NCBI GenBank assembly: GCA_951406725.2
Contig: OX597822.1
Span: 38,874,001-38,938,000, forward strand
DNA: 64,000 nt
Direction: 5' to 3'
DNA from: Octopus vulgaris
Lineage: Eukaryota
The translations under genes and the position numbers were made by a program. Below are positions 50,831 through 63,655 of this stretch, in pieces (within the stretch, counting starts at the first letter, position 1; each line of letters opens with the position of its first letter). The notes under the pieces were generated by a model, which ran no database searches, was not told the origin of the DNA, and saw nothing but the letters and a program-made list of their open reading frames with translations.

Positions 50831-52094
50831 CCTAAGGTCGACTTTGCTTTCATCCTTTCAGGATCGATGAATTAAGTACCAGTTGTGTACTGGAGTCAAT
50901 CTAATCGACTGGTTCCCTCCCCCAAAATTTCGGGCCTTGTGCCTAGAGTAGAAAAAGAAAATACATACATGTAGGTAATCAGGTGAATAACTGGCCAATT
51001 CTTGTCTTTCATTATTTGCATGTTTCAATCACTGGATTGTGGCCATGCTGGGGCACTGCCTTAAAGGATTTTAGTTGAATGAATTAACCTCAGTTCTTAT
51101 TATTGTTAAGCTTGGTACTTCTTCTGTTGGACTACTGCTGAACACCACTAAGTTATGGGGACATAAACAAACTAACACTGGTTCTCAAGCAATGGTAAGG
51201 AAGAAATACAACACAAATATACACACACACACACACACACACACACGTAGACTTCTTTCAGTTTCCACCCACCAAATTCACTCACAAGGTTTTGGTCAGC
51301 CGAGAGCTATAGTAGAAGATATTTGCCCAAAGGTTCCATACAATGGGACTGAAACCAAGACCACATGATTGGAAAGCATGATTCTCAATCATATAGTCAT
51401 GTCTTGTCAATTTTTATTTTTTTAATTCCCACTGATTTTAGTTGTATCAAGCAAAGATTTAAACTGATTCAGTGATCAAAATCTCTTCAGTGGCTGCTGA
51501 AGAGAGTCAGCTAAAGAGTTTCTTGATTAGCTTTCATTCTATCAACTGGGGACAGATTAATTTAACTTTAACCCCTTCTTTACAGGATTTTTGGTCTTGT
51601 TATGCTCAGAGAAAACCCTGGCATTGTCAACATATACATTATCTTAATTATTATGTTCCAGTGGCATTTAAAAAGTACCCATTACACTCTTGAAGTGGTT
51701 GGCATTATGAAAGGCATCCAGCTGTAGAAACCTTGCCAGATTAGATTGGAGCCTGGTATAGCCTACTGGTTTGCCAGTCCTCAGTCAAACCGTCCAACCT
51801 ATGCCAGCATGGAAAGCAGACATTAAACAATGACGACGATGATAATGGCTGGCCCTGTGCCATCAAAAATGACGGCTAATTGTAGTATTTGATATATAAA
51901 TATGGATGCTAAATCAAATTAATACACTTGTCAATGTTATCTAGTAGTTATCTTTTGAGATGTGACATCAATCAGAGTTGAAACGCTGTTTGATTTTTCT
52001 TTTCAGCATTGAATGTTCACCATCTCACTTCCATTGCATACACACACACATGCGCACAAAAATTCATATACCACCCTTTTACATGAACACATAT

Positions 52095-52275
52095 CTCTTT
52101 TACTCTTTTACTTGTTTCAGTCATTTGACTGTGGCCATGCTGGAGCACTGCCTTTAGTCAAGCAAATCGACCCCAAGACTTATTCTTTGTAAGCCTATCG
52201 GTCTCTTTTGCTGAACCGCTAAGTTACGGGGACATAAACACACCAGCATCAGTTATCAAGCACATACAAACATAT

Positions 52276-52314
<39 letters not shown>

Positions 52315-52441
52315 ACGGGTTTCTTTCAGTTTCCGTCTACCAAATCCATTCACAAGGCTTTGGTCAGCCTGAGGCTATAGTAGAAGACACTTGCCCAAGG
52401 TGCTACACAGTGGAACTGAACCTGGAACCATGTGGTTGGTA
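52095..52441 (-). mobile_element. SINE family A
   Basis: Family A tail and body. Confidence 0.85.
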
Positions 52442-52569
52442 GAAAGGCTCCCACTACCAGTTTGCCATCACCTCTTCCTTCCTCATTCATCTATCACCCC
52501 TTCCTTTCTCATTCATATGTTGTGACGGAGAAAAACACAAGAGTATTATTATAGTAGATAGCAGTAAGA

Positions 52570-52782
52570 CAAGATGGCAGAATCATTAGCATAATGAACA
52601 CAATGCTTAGTAGTATTTCTTCCAGATTCAGGTTCCAGGTTCAAATACTGCCGATTCTGATTTTACCTTTCATCCATTTAGGGTTCAATAAGTACCAGTT
52701 TAGCACTAGGGTTGATGTAATCGACAAGCCTGCCCCTCCCCTCAAAATTTCAGGCCTTATGCTTATAATAAAAATCATTATT
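52570..52782 (+). mobile_element. SINE family B
   Basis: TGGCAGAATCATTAGC...CCTTTCATCC...AATAAGTACCAG. Confidence 0.75.
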
Positions 52783-53627
52783 AAGAGTAGTAATAGCAGT
52801 AGAGGGAAAAAAAAACAAGAGAAAATGTAATCGAAAAAGTTAATGAAGAAGAGGGAGCATATACACACACACGTGTGTGCATGTAAGTGCACACCATGAT
52901 TGCATGTGGGCATGTACAAGTTCTTGTACATGTGTGTGTGAGCAACAGTACATGTTTGTATGTTTGCATGTGAGCATCCACATTAGTGCATGCATGTGTG
53001 TGTGTGTGAGTGTGTATGTATTTTTCTCAACCTCTCTCCTAAACAATAATTAGGGTGGACACACACCTCCCCATCACAGCAACGATGATGAAAGTACGGA
53101 AGAGGAAGAAGAGGAAATGAGCAGTGACAGTGGGGAGGTAGGTGGTGGCAGTGAGGATGAAGAAAAGAAAAAAAAATTACAAGAATTGTATAAAAGCATG
53201 GGATTAGGACGAGGGAGGGGTGGAGAGTAGCGAGGAAATCACTCCTCTTTCTATCCTCAATTATCCTCTTCCTTATGTCTGACAGTCTTACAGGTTTTCT
53301 AGAATTTTCCTGACACAGGATGTGTTGGAGAGAAGACATGTTGGCTGTAAGGAAGGGGAGTGGGGCAATTATTGGGCAGGGTGGGGAGGAAGGAGAAAAA
53401 GAGAAATAGGAAGGGAGAGTGAGTGAGAGGGAGAGAGAGAGAGAGAGATGTTACAGCGTGTGAGATTGATCTGTAAGAAATTATGGATACCACAAATGCT
53501 CAAGCCATCATCATTATCATCATCATCATCATCTGAACCTACTTTTCTATTCCAGTATGTATTGGATAGCTATGGGTTTGCCACTTCACCAGTCTCTCTC
53601 ACTCTCTCTCTCACTCTCTGGTAGGTC

Positions 53628-53671
<44 letters not shown>

Positions 53672-54273
53672 CATTATGTATGTGTATATGTGTGTGTATG
53701 CATATGTGTGTGTGTGCACATATATATATATATATATATATAAATATATGTATGTATATGTATGTGTGTATGCATGTGTTTGTATGCAAATGTGCATATG
53801 TGTGTGTATGTGCATATATGCATGTGTATATATTTATATAAATATATTTATGTAAATATATATATGTATACATGCGTGTATGTGTGTGTGTGTATACATG
53901 TGTGTTTGTGTATGCACACACACACACATACCATTTTTACCACCGCCTATCTCCATGCACATCTAGCTATCTGTCTATGCCTATCCATCTGCCTATCTGT
54001 CAATCTGACAATCTACCTGTATGTTGCACAACACTGACATTTCCATACAACATATGTACACTGCACTCCAAACTAATTACACAACATATCATATTACTAT
54101 TATGCTATGCACACACACATGTGGGGCGTTGGAGGGAGGACGGAATATGATATGATGTAAACACCTCATGGGAAAGGTATGGTTTCAACCCAATGCTTTT
54201 CCCAGCCATGGATGTATTATGGTGCAGAGCTGACTAATGAAGCAACAAATATAGATATGAGAGAGGGGGCAGG

Positions 54274-54317
<44 letters not shown>

Positions 54318-54795
54318 CTAAAAAGAATCTGTTAAAGAATGCTGTGTATATATTTTTCTCTCTGCATCTCTCCATTGAAGATGCGTGGTCTAGTGGTTAG
54401 GTTGTTGCATCCATGATTGTCAGATTGTGAGTTCAATTCCAGGACCAGGCACCGTCTTGTGCTCTTGAGCAAAGCACTTCATTTCACGTTCTCACAGTCG
54501 TGTGTGGGGGACTGGCATGTTAAAAAAATAGACCCAACATTTCTTCTGCATGTTGTAGAGGTGACTAAAAGTGGATGAGGTAGGATTTGCACTCCAGCCT
54601 TGTGAAACTCACCAGCAACAACTACAGAAACTGACCCATGGGTTAGAGGGTTATCACCTGAATGGAACAGAAGCCTCATCTGCTAAGTGTAGGGAATCAC
54701 CAACAAATGGCAGATGCAATAACATGCTGTTACAGAGCACACCCTCATACCATTATATCTATCCCTGTGTTACTTTACTGTACATGTGTAAGCAT

Positions 54796-55167
54796 ACTCT
54801 TTTACTTGTTTCAGTCATTTGACTGCAGCCATGCTGGAGCACCGCCTTTAGTCGGGCAAATCAACCCCAGTACTTATTCTTTGTAAGCCTAGTACTTATT
54901 CTATCAGTCTCTTTTGCCGAACCGCTAAGTTACGAGGACGTAAACACCAGCATCAGTTGTCAAGCGATGTTGGGGGGGGGGACAAATACAGATGCACAAA
55001 CACACACACACATATATATATACATATATACGACGGGCTTCTTTTCAGTTTCCGTCTACCAAATCCACTCGCAAGGCTTTGGTTGGCCCGAAGTAGAAAA
55101 CGCCCAAGGTGCCACACAGTGGGACTGAACCTGGAACCATAAGGTTGGTAAGTAAGCTCCTGCACCT
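54796..55167 (-). mobile_element. SINE family A
   Basis: Reverse complement of family A. Confidence 0.9.
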
Positions 55168-55311
55168 ATTGTAAATTTCAGCATCTTCCAGCTCCCAAAG
55201 AACAATAATATTCCCATGGATAGGACACCAGTTACAGTTAACACTGCTTATGGTGATGTGGTGGCATACATTCCTCTTCAACAGCTAGGTGCAAACAGAT
55301 GTCATGCAAAA

Positions 55312-56721
55312 CAGCAGTCCCCAACCCTCTTTTTTGCATCATGGATGGTTTCATGCAAGACAATTTTTTTATGGACCAGGGGGTCATGTATATAACAAAA
55401 TGCAATAAAGTGCATAATGTATAATTTAATTATCACATATATAATATGTATATCATCATTGTCATCATTTAACATCCATTGTCCATGCTGGCATGGGTTG
55501 GACGGTTTGACTGAGCTGGCACGCTGCGCCAGGATCCAGTCTGATTTGGTATAGTTTTCTACGGCTGGATGCCCTACCTAACACCAACCACTCCAAGAGT
55601 GTAATGGGTGTTTTCATGTACCACTGGCATAGGTGCCATTTGCATGACGCCTGTATCTACCATGACTGCAATTTTGCTCAGCTTGATGGGTCTTCTTCTC
55701 AAGCACAACATAATGCCAAAGGTGTTGGTCATTACCTCCATGAAGCCCAACACTCAAAAGGAATTCAGCCACCTTGCCTCCGTGATGCCCATTCGAAAGG
55801 AACTCAACTACCTCACTTCCGTGAGGCCCAACACCCAAAAGGAACTCAACCACTTAGCTTTCATGAGGCCCGGGAGCTCTGCCACTTTGCCTCCATGTAT
55901 ATATACTACGTATCTCTCAAGTAGTGGTGTAACCTTGGGTGGGTCTTGTGCATGTAAACCTTCTCCATAACTCTCTATATGACGTTGGAGGGCTTGAACC
56001 CTTCACTGCCTTTGTTAAGTACATTACTGGAACTCAGCTACCATGATTAGACTTGGGATGAATACTCGAGTGATTTCCCATTGCCTTCTCCAGGTAGGTG
56101 GAATTAGAACTCAGAATGTTGAGAGCTGGGAGATATACTGTAAAGCATTTCTGCTGATGCCCCAATGATTCTGGCACTCTTCCACCTGCAGAGCAATATG
56201 GAATGAAGTGTTTTGTTTAAGAACACAAAATGCCACCTGATCTGAGAATTAAACCTGTAATCTAGCAGTCTTGAGTGCAATACCTTAAGCACTAGGTCAA
56301 GCACCTTCACACAAGCACTTGGTTTAGTGGTTAGAGCATCATGAGGTAGTGAGTTTGATTCCCAGACAGGGCAGTGTGTGGTGTTCTTGAGCAAGACACT
56401 TTATTTCATGTTGCTCCAGTTCACACAGCTGTAAAAATGATTTGCAATATCACTGGCACCAAGTTGTATTGGTCTTTGCCTTACCTTTGGAGAACATCAG
56501 TGATGTGGAGAGGTGAGACTGGTATGCATGGGCGACAGCTGGTCTTCCATAAACAACCTTCTTGTACCTCAGAGGGGAACTTTCTAAGTGCAACCCCCTG
56601 GTCATTCATGACCAAAGGGGTTATGTACCCCTTTTACATATGTATAATGCAATAATGCTTTTTATTCCTTTAGTGTGACCCAGTACCAAATGATCCATGG
56701 GCCAGTGGTATGGGACCCCTG
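55312..56721. mobile_element. hAT-Charlie (MER1-like) MITE expanded by nested retroposons
   Basis: Left end CAGCAGTCCCCAACC, right end GGTATGGGACCCCTG; flanks ATGCAAAA/ATGTGGAA (5/8); contains an RTE-tail element (55452-55890) and SINE B/C pieces (56103-56635). Confidence 0.55.
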
Positions 56722-56824
56722 ATGTGGAATATTGTGATAGAATATTGTGTCCTGATCACAAACAATGTCACAATGATGGGACATCAGCCTTGGAGAGGTA
56801 ACTGTGATAGTGAAAGGGTTTTTA

Positions 56825-57044
56825 CCCTTTACAATTCAGATGACTTTATCAAATATAATACCCCTTTATTCATATTGGTTTCAATTAATCTTGCAATATC
56901 TTGTAGCTCTGAGATTTTGATGATGTGGTTGTTTATTTTTAGAATGACATTGTAGGGTAGGTGTGAGAGGCCAGATCCAGCTACTTTGAACATAAAACGG
57001 GTAGAATATTTGGGCCCGATATGGCTGGTTTTAATGCTGAAGGG
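56825..57044. mobile_element. TTAA-type MITE, second copy
   Basis: TTTA|CCCTTTA...TGCTGAAGGG|CTAA; shares AGAATGACATTGTAGGGTAGGTGTGAGAG with 50052. Confidence 0.75.
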
Positions 57045-58358
57045 CTAAGGTAAGGATGCTGTAATGACTGCAGACTTTGAATAGTGTGTTTGTTAGTAGT
57101 GTGATGTACGGCAGTGAAGGTGTAGGAGATGTAGTGACTGAAGAGAAAAACTGTATGGTGTATGTTTTAGAAGAGTGATACAGTATGGTAGTGAACATAT
57201 GGGACATAGTGATACTGCATGGAGTGTCACATATATGATGCTGTGTTTTGTATGAAAAGCATGAAGTAATCTGAGTAGTTTGTGGTTATTAGGACGAAGT
57301 AGTGAGAGACTGCAAATGATATGGGATGTCTTCACTGTAATGTGTCATATGTACAGCATCAAATTATTAAATGTATGTGTTTATGGGTGTAAGAGAATCA
57401 ATATAGTATGTATGTTTTGATTATAAGTACTGGGTACAATATACAGTGAAGTATATAGATTCTCACCAGTAAGTTAATATAATAAAGCTATCCAAACCAA
57501 TATTCAGGTAAATACTAAGAATTTTCAGTTGATACAAAAGCTGTTAATAATCAGAGAGACACACACACAAACACACACACACACACACACATAATTTTTA
57601 ATATTACAATGTGGTGTGTTTAAGATGTGAGATGGTGTATGAAATGAAGCATGGACAGTGTATATACAAGACTGAAGTGTGTAAAATGTGTGATGGTGTG
57701 CAGCAGTGAAATATGGACAGTGGGTACAGAGGACGACATGTTGTACATGTAAGAATGGTGCATGGTAGTGAAACATGGATGGTTATACACACAGAAAATA
57801 ATTTCCTATTATCTGGATATTGATTACCCTATCAGTTTAGTAATTATTATCCAGGTATCATATGAGAAAAATATGGCAAAATGAAACAAGAGAAAATATG
57901 AACAAGAGTACAAAGACAATGTAATTAAGTTTTCAAAGACAGGAAAGAAGAAAAGAAAGAGGAAACTTAAAAGAAGACAAAGGCAAGATGTTGGGTCAGA
58001 GATGAAACATGTTGAAATGGCAGAAGGGTAGTGAGCAGAGTAAAGGTGTTTTCAGCAGAGAAGAGTAAACATACCGATAGGGAAATAAAATATAGCCTGC
58101 AGAAAAATTGTAGTCAAATTCAGCATGGTGATGTGTGTATGGAGTTGAGGCATCTCTTGAGACTAAATTTTTGTTCTTTTCACTAGTCTCACCCTAGAAT
58201 TATAATTTATTACATTAACAACTGTGTCAGTACCACTTCCCTTATTTGCAAATGGCTCTCCTTTTTTCATCTTCTTTGGTAACTCCTTCAAGACTGCCTT
58301 ATATTTTATCACCACCACCGCTATCAACTTAGACATTGCGTTGACCATGCTTGTATAG

Positions 58359-58782
58359 TTTACTCTCTTTTACTCTTTTACTTGTTTCAGTCACTTGACT
58401 GCGGCCATGCTGGAGCACCGCCTTTAATCGAGCAACTCGACCCCGGGACTTATTCTTTGTAAGCCCAGTACTTATTCTATCGGTCTCTTGTGCCGAACTG
58501 CTAAGTGACAGGGACATAAACACACCAGCATCGGTTGTCAAGCAATGCTACGGGGACAAACACAGACACACAAACATACACGCACACACACATATATATA
58601 TATATATATACATATATACAACGGGCTTCTTTCAGTTTCCGTCTATCAAATCCACTCACAAGGCTTTGGTTGGCCCGAGGCTATAGTAGAAGACACTTGC
58701 CCAAGGTGCCACGCAGTGGAACTGAACCCGGAACCATGTGGTTGGTAAGCAAGCCACTTACCACACAGCCACTCCTGCACCT
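58359..58782 (-). mobile_element. SINE family A, full length, young
   Basis: Many CpGs retained; tail (GTAAAAGA)n. Confidence 0.9.
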
Positions 58783-59714
58783 CAGATTTTCTATGACCAT
58801 ATGCTCTTCCTTGCATGTGTCCAAGATAACATTTCCTCATGACCAAACAAGTTTTTGAAGAATATTGGGCATAAATGACATTGCTAGAAAAATATGGAAT
58901 ATCTCGTGAATTTGTGTGTCGTCCTTGCACAAGAGCTATATTAATCTTCTCTACACCACTTCAATTTTTTTAAATACATGTACAGCTGAAGCTAGTACAA
59001 GAGCACCCAAAATCCCAGCACAACAGTGAGGCTTTAATGGTAAGCGAAGTGACTCTACCACCCCATTAGCATTGTTTGTAATGCTACATTACAGTTGCCT
59101 CCCACCCCTACACACACACACACATCCATTCACAAATAGATATAAACACACACAGACTCTCTCTCTCTCTCTCTCTCTCTCAGGGTGGAACTTGTTAAAA
59201 GGGGATAATACAAAAGAAGATTAATTTTAATCACTGATCTGTGGCCATGCTAGAGCTTCACTTTCAAGGCTTTTAAAATGCAATATCAACTCCGGTACCT
59301 GTTTGTCAAAATGTTAATTATAAACCATAAAGGGTACAACATAAACACAAACATGGACACACGCGCCCATAAAACTGTATTTATGTGTGAATCTCATTTA
59401 TCTTTTACTTCTGTCAATCATTGAACTGCGACCATGCTGGGGCACCACCTTGAACAGTTTAGTCAGACAGATGAATCTGAGTGCTTAATTTTCTAAGCCT
59501 GGTGTGCCAAACAGCTAAGTTATGGGGGATGTAAACAAACCAACACTGGTTGTTAAGCAGTGGTGATAACAAACGCAAAGACACAGACACGCCCACATGC
59601 ACATGTACCGCACCCCATACACACATATACAACAGGCTTCTTTCAGTTTCTGTCTACCATATACACACTCAAGGCTTTGGCTGGGCTGGGGCTATAATTT
59701 TTATAGATCGTATA

Positions 59715-60026
59715 TCATCATCATCATCATCATTTAACGTCCGTGCCCTTCCTAATGCCCACCACTCCAAGAGTGTAGTTGGTGCTTTTTACGTGCCACC
59801 AGCAGAGGTGCCAGGGAAGGCTGGCAACAGCCACGATCGGTTGGTGCTTTTCATGTGCCACCGGCACGGAAGCCAGTCAAGGCAGCGCTGGCATCAGCCA
59901 CGTACGGATGGTACTTTTTACGTGCCACCGGCACAGGTGCCAGGGTAGGCTGGCAACGGCTACAAACGGTTGGTGCTTTTTACATGCCACCGGCACAGAA
60001 GCCAGTCAAGGCAGCGCTGGCATCAG

Positions 60027-60027
<1 letters not shown>
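59715..60027 (-). mobile_element. RTE 3'-UTR fragment
   Basis: (CAT)n TTTAACGTCCG plus alternating ~60-bp UTR repeats. Confidence 0.8.
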
Positions 60028-60086
<59 letters not shown>

Positions 60087-60862
60087 CAAAGGGTTCAGTT
60101 TATCTTTGTCAAATTCTACTCAGTCTAATATTATTTAGGACTACAGAGAGAAGTGGCCAATACATTACAGGTTTCTTGCTGCAGACTGTAGAAGAGCTAC
60201 ACAGCTACCTACATTATAGAATACAGAGTGGGAGTGGTCAGATGGAGCTGGAAAGAGATAACATTGGTGGTGGTGAAGTATAAGGGTGGACCCTCAAGGT
60301 ACAAGGTGAACAGAAGTAAATGGGGAGAATATGTATTCACCTAACTCATGCTAGCATTAAAAAAGTGGACATTAAAATAAATGAATGAACAAATATGCAT
60401 CTCAGTTACTGTTAGTTTTACCAACTGAGGAGAAATATATTGCGCTGAGGAGGTCTAATAAGGCTGAAATATGCCTGATGCTTGCGTTAATTGGCTTTAA
60501 AGACCAGATCCACACCAATCTGCATGACCTATATTGTCCAAACATTTTAGTCAACTGATCTTATTGGAGTTAGCTCACCTGCTTGTTGCTCTTAAAATTT
60601 ACACACATCTAGAGGGAGATTCTGTCAACTAATTGCTTCAATAATATCAGTTAATCAAGGTTTCTTTTTTAAATTCACTATATTACGTTTGAGAGATCTG
60701 GCTCTGGAGAGGACATCTGCCCAAGGTGCACATGGTTACAAAATTAAATTCTTAACCACACAACCATGTCTTAGCTCACTTTTGTTTACATTATGCAAAT
60801 TGCCTAAGGTATAAACATGTTCTAATCCTTTTTGTATAAGACCAAATCCCTTGGTTACAAGA

Positions 60863-60936
60863 GATAAGGTTGGATAATTGCTGTGCTGATGATTGCTATC
60901 ATGCTAGAAATGCATGTCCATGATTGTCCTCTTATC
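60863..60936 (+). ncRNA. Type I hammerhead ribozyme-like motif (possibly decayed)
   Basis: CUGAUGA 60886-60892, GAAA 60907-60910, GUC 60916-60918; ~18-bp bulged stem I; weak stems II and III. Confidence 0.6.
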
Positions 60937-61321
60937 ACTAGACAATAAGCCTGTTCTTTTCCCTATTGGCATGTCAGCTTTGGAGAGTTCCTGATTCTTG
61001 AAATAATATATTAGCAATAGAGGCAGTATTGATACTAAGAAGTAATATTTATACCCACTTAGAACAAACTATACTGAGGTAGATTCCTTGAGAGGAATCC
61101 TCATATTGGCTTCTGGGGCAAAAGGCACTCTTCTTTATATCACTAGTGGGGAAACAAATCTTGGCACTGGAAGTGGCAAGGATTTGTCTCCTCCCTAGCG
61201 ATATATACAAAAGTGCATTTTGCACCAAAAAACCACTAGGAAAGTTTCTCTCATAGAAACCACTGCTGTATAGTTTGTTCTAACAGAATGTCCACATTTA
61301 AGTGAGAATATTACCTCTCAA

Positions 61322-61557
61322 ATAAGGGCAGCAAGCTGGCAGAAACGTTAGCATGCCAGGCGAAATGCTTAGCGGTATTTCGTCTGCCGTTACGTTCTGA
61401 GTTCAAATTCCGCCGAGGTTGACTTTGCCTTTCATCCTTTCGGGGTCGATTAAATAAGTACCAGTTACACACTGGCATCAATGTAATAGACTTAATCCCT
61501 TTGTCAGTCATTGTTTGTCCCCTCTATGTTTAGCCCCTTGTGGGCAATAAAGAAATA
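61322..61557 (+). mobile_element. SINE family B, young, alternative tail, 15-bp TSD
   Basis: TSD AATATTACCTCTCAA at 61307-61321 and 61558-61572; GCCTTTCATCCTTTCGGGGTCGATTAAATAAGTACCAG. Confidence 0.9.
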
Positions 61558-61989
61558 AATATTACCTCTCAATTCTTGTGATCATCGCCCCTTCTGAAGA
61601 GATGCTACCTTAATTGCCATTTAGTAATTATGATACATCCTCTAGAAGCAGAGAAAACTTTAAATAAATCAAGAATGAATGTTGTACATTATTTGGTATA
61701 CCTGTATTTGTCTATGTTGCTTAAATACATGCCACTAGCTGCTCTGAGTTCTTTCTCTTAGCTCATTATGGCTTATACACATATGTACAAGAGGGTGCTG
61801 AAAAGTTCATGGCTTTGGGTAAAAGATAATACAGGAGGATCAGTTAATTGTGAATTTCATCATCATCATCATCATCATTTAGCGACCATTTTCCATGCGT
61901 ATATTCCATCTTCTGTCTTTCATTTAGTATATGTCTATATGTATATGTATATATATGTGTGTCTCCCTCCATATATATGTATGTATATA

Positions 61990-62232
61990 ATCATCATCAT
62001 CATTTAGGGTCCGCTTTCCATGCTAGCATGGGTTGAATGGTTCAACTGGGCTCTGGGAGGCCAGAAGGCTGCACTAGGCCCAGTCTGATCTGGCAATGTT
62101 TCTACAACTGGATGCCCTTCCTAACGCCAACCACTCCGTGAGTGTAGTGGGTGCTTTTTAGGTGCCAGACGGGGCTGGCAAACAGCCACGGTTGGATGGT
62201 GCTTTTTACGTGCCACCGGCACGGGGGCCAGG
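61990..62232 (-). mobile_element. RTE 3' UTR fragment
   Basis: Matches the RTE 3' end. Confidence 0.85.
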
Positions 62233-62534
62233 CATTCATCATATTTCTGTCTCAGATTCACACACTTATTGCAGCAGTCCTTGTTTTCCTAAGCCCTGTA
62301 AAAGAACTCAGAAGACTGGGCCTCCAAACAGCCCTTTTGCTAGACCCTTAAAGCCAGGAACTTTTCAGCACATTCTCATAGGTGTGGAATAAGATAATAA
62401 TCTGAATGTTTCTGAACACATATAGAGGCAACTGCAGACTTACTTTTTTCCTTTTTTTTTTTCATTATTTAATCGAAGAAAGAGGATAAGAACCCACAAC
62501 TTTTACTGATTTTCCCAGAGGAAGACCTGAGGTC

Positions 62535-63030
62535 ATTATTTAACCACAGGCCAGCCCTGATTGAACAAACCCATCATCACATGCAATCCAACATTTTTTC
62601 AGGCTCACACTATTCAATATGTCCTTTTTATTGAACATTGGAGGCAGATTTGGCTGTTATTTCTAGCAAGCTGAATATTCACATGTAGACTCCTGACATA
62701 CAGACTTATTGTTTAACCCAAGGTCAACCCAAAGTCAGCAGACCCTAAGATCAAAAGTGTACACATTGTGATCATCCTATAATGTATCTTAGACTACAAC
62801 AGTGTTATGTGGTGTATAGTGTCATTGTTCTGGTTGTTTAGCCCCAGGTCAGTCCTGATTCAGCAAACCTATGATCCAACATACTCCAACAGTGACCAAC
62901 ACATCTTTTTCTTATGTGCCAAGAACACAGGACTACATATTCTATTTTTAAATGGTAAAGTGTGATTTGAGAGGCATTTGATTGTAATTTCTAGCAGATC
63001 AAATGACCACACGAAAGCACCTTCACTGCC
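62535..63030. repeat. Three tandem family E repeat copies
   Basis: Units starting TTTAACC/TTTAGCCCCAGGTCAG at ~62538, 62712, 62837; two end with ATTTCTAGCA. Confidence 0.6.
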
Positions 63031-63198
63031 TTGAGACCATTGACGTGAATACAGTTGAAGATCAGTTATTATTCTGGTGTCAACCTTTTGGTACTACGAC
63101 CACACTGGAGCACCACTTTTAGCTGTTTTAGCTTGACTGTTGTTCACGGTAGTCAGGTACTTAATTCCTCAATCATAATTTATCTTTTATTCATCTTC

Positions 63199-63556
63199 TA
63201 TCTTTTGTTTTAATCATTAGACCATGGCCATGCTGGGGCACTGTCAAACAAATTGACCCCAGTACTTGTGTTTTTTCCTCATTTTAATCGGCTCTTTTGC
63301 TGAACTGCTAAGTCACAGGGATGAAAACAACTAACCCCAGTTATCAAGCAGTGGTAGGGGGGGTGACAAACACACACACACACTCACAGACAATGGGTTT
63401 CTACACAGTTCCTGTCTACAAAATTCAAACACAAGGCATTAGTCAGCCTGGGGCTATAGCAGAAGCCAGTTACCCAAGGTACTGTGCAGTGGGACTGAAC
63501 CCAAAACCACAGGGTTGCAAAGCAAGTCTTCAAATCACACAACCATGCCTGTGCCT
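63199..63556 (-). mobile_element. SINE family A, old
   Basis: Diverged reverse complement of family A. Confidence 0.8.
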
Positions 63557-63567
63557 ATAAAAAGTTG

Positions 63568-63655
63568 GGCTCCAGGCGAGGATTGAAATCATGACCTTCA
63601 GACAGCTCAGTTTCAGATTATGAGACCGGCACACTGCCTACTATGCTACCAAGTT
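63568..63655 (-). tRNA. Elongator tRNA-Met(CAT) pseudogene with 15-nt insertion at the intron position
   Basis: Minus GGTAGCATAGTAGGCAGTGTGCCGGTCTCATA[ATCTGAAACTGAGCT]GTCTGAAGGTCATGATTTCAATCCTC; T5 run at 63559-63563; acceptor stem and B box damaged. Confidence 0.75.

Noticed and set aside
53318-53352. 28-nt micro-exon (ACAG|GATG...GGCT|GTAAGG)
   Set aside because: Splice-like motifs only; no recognisable peptide or neighbouring exons
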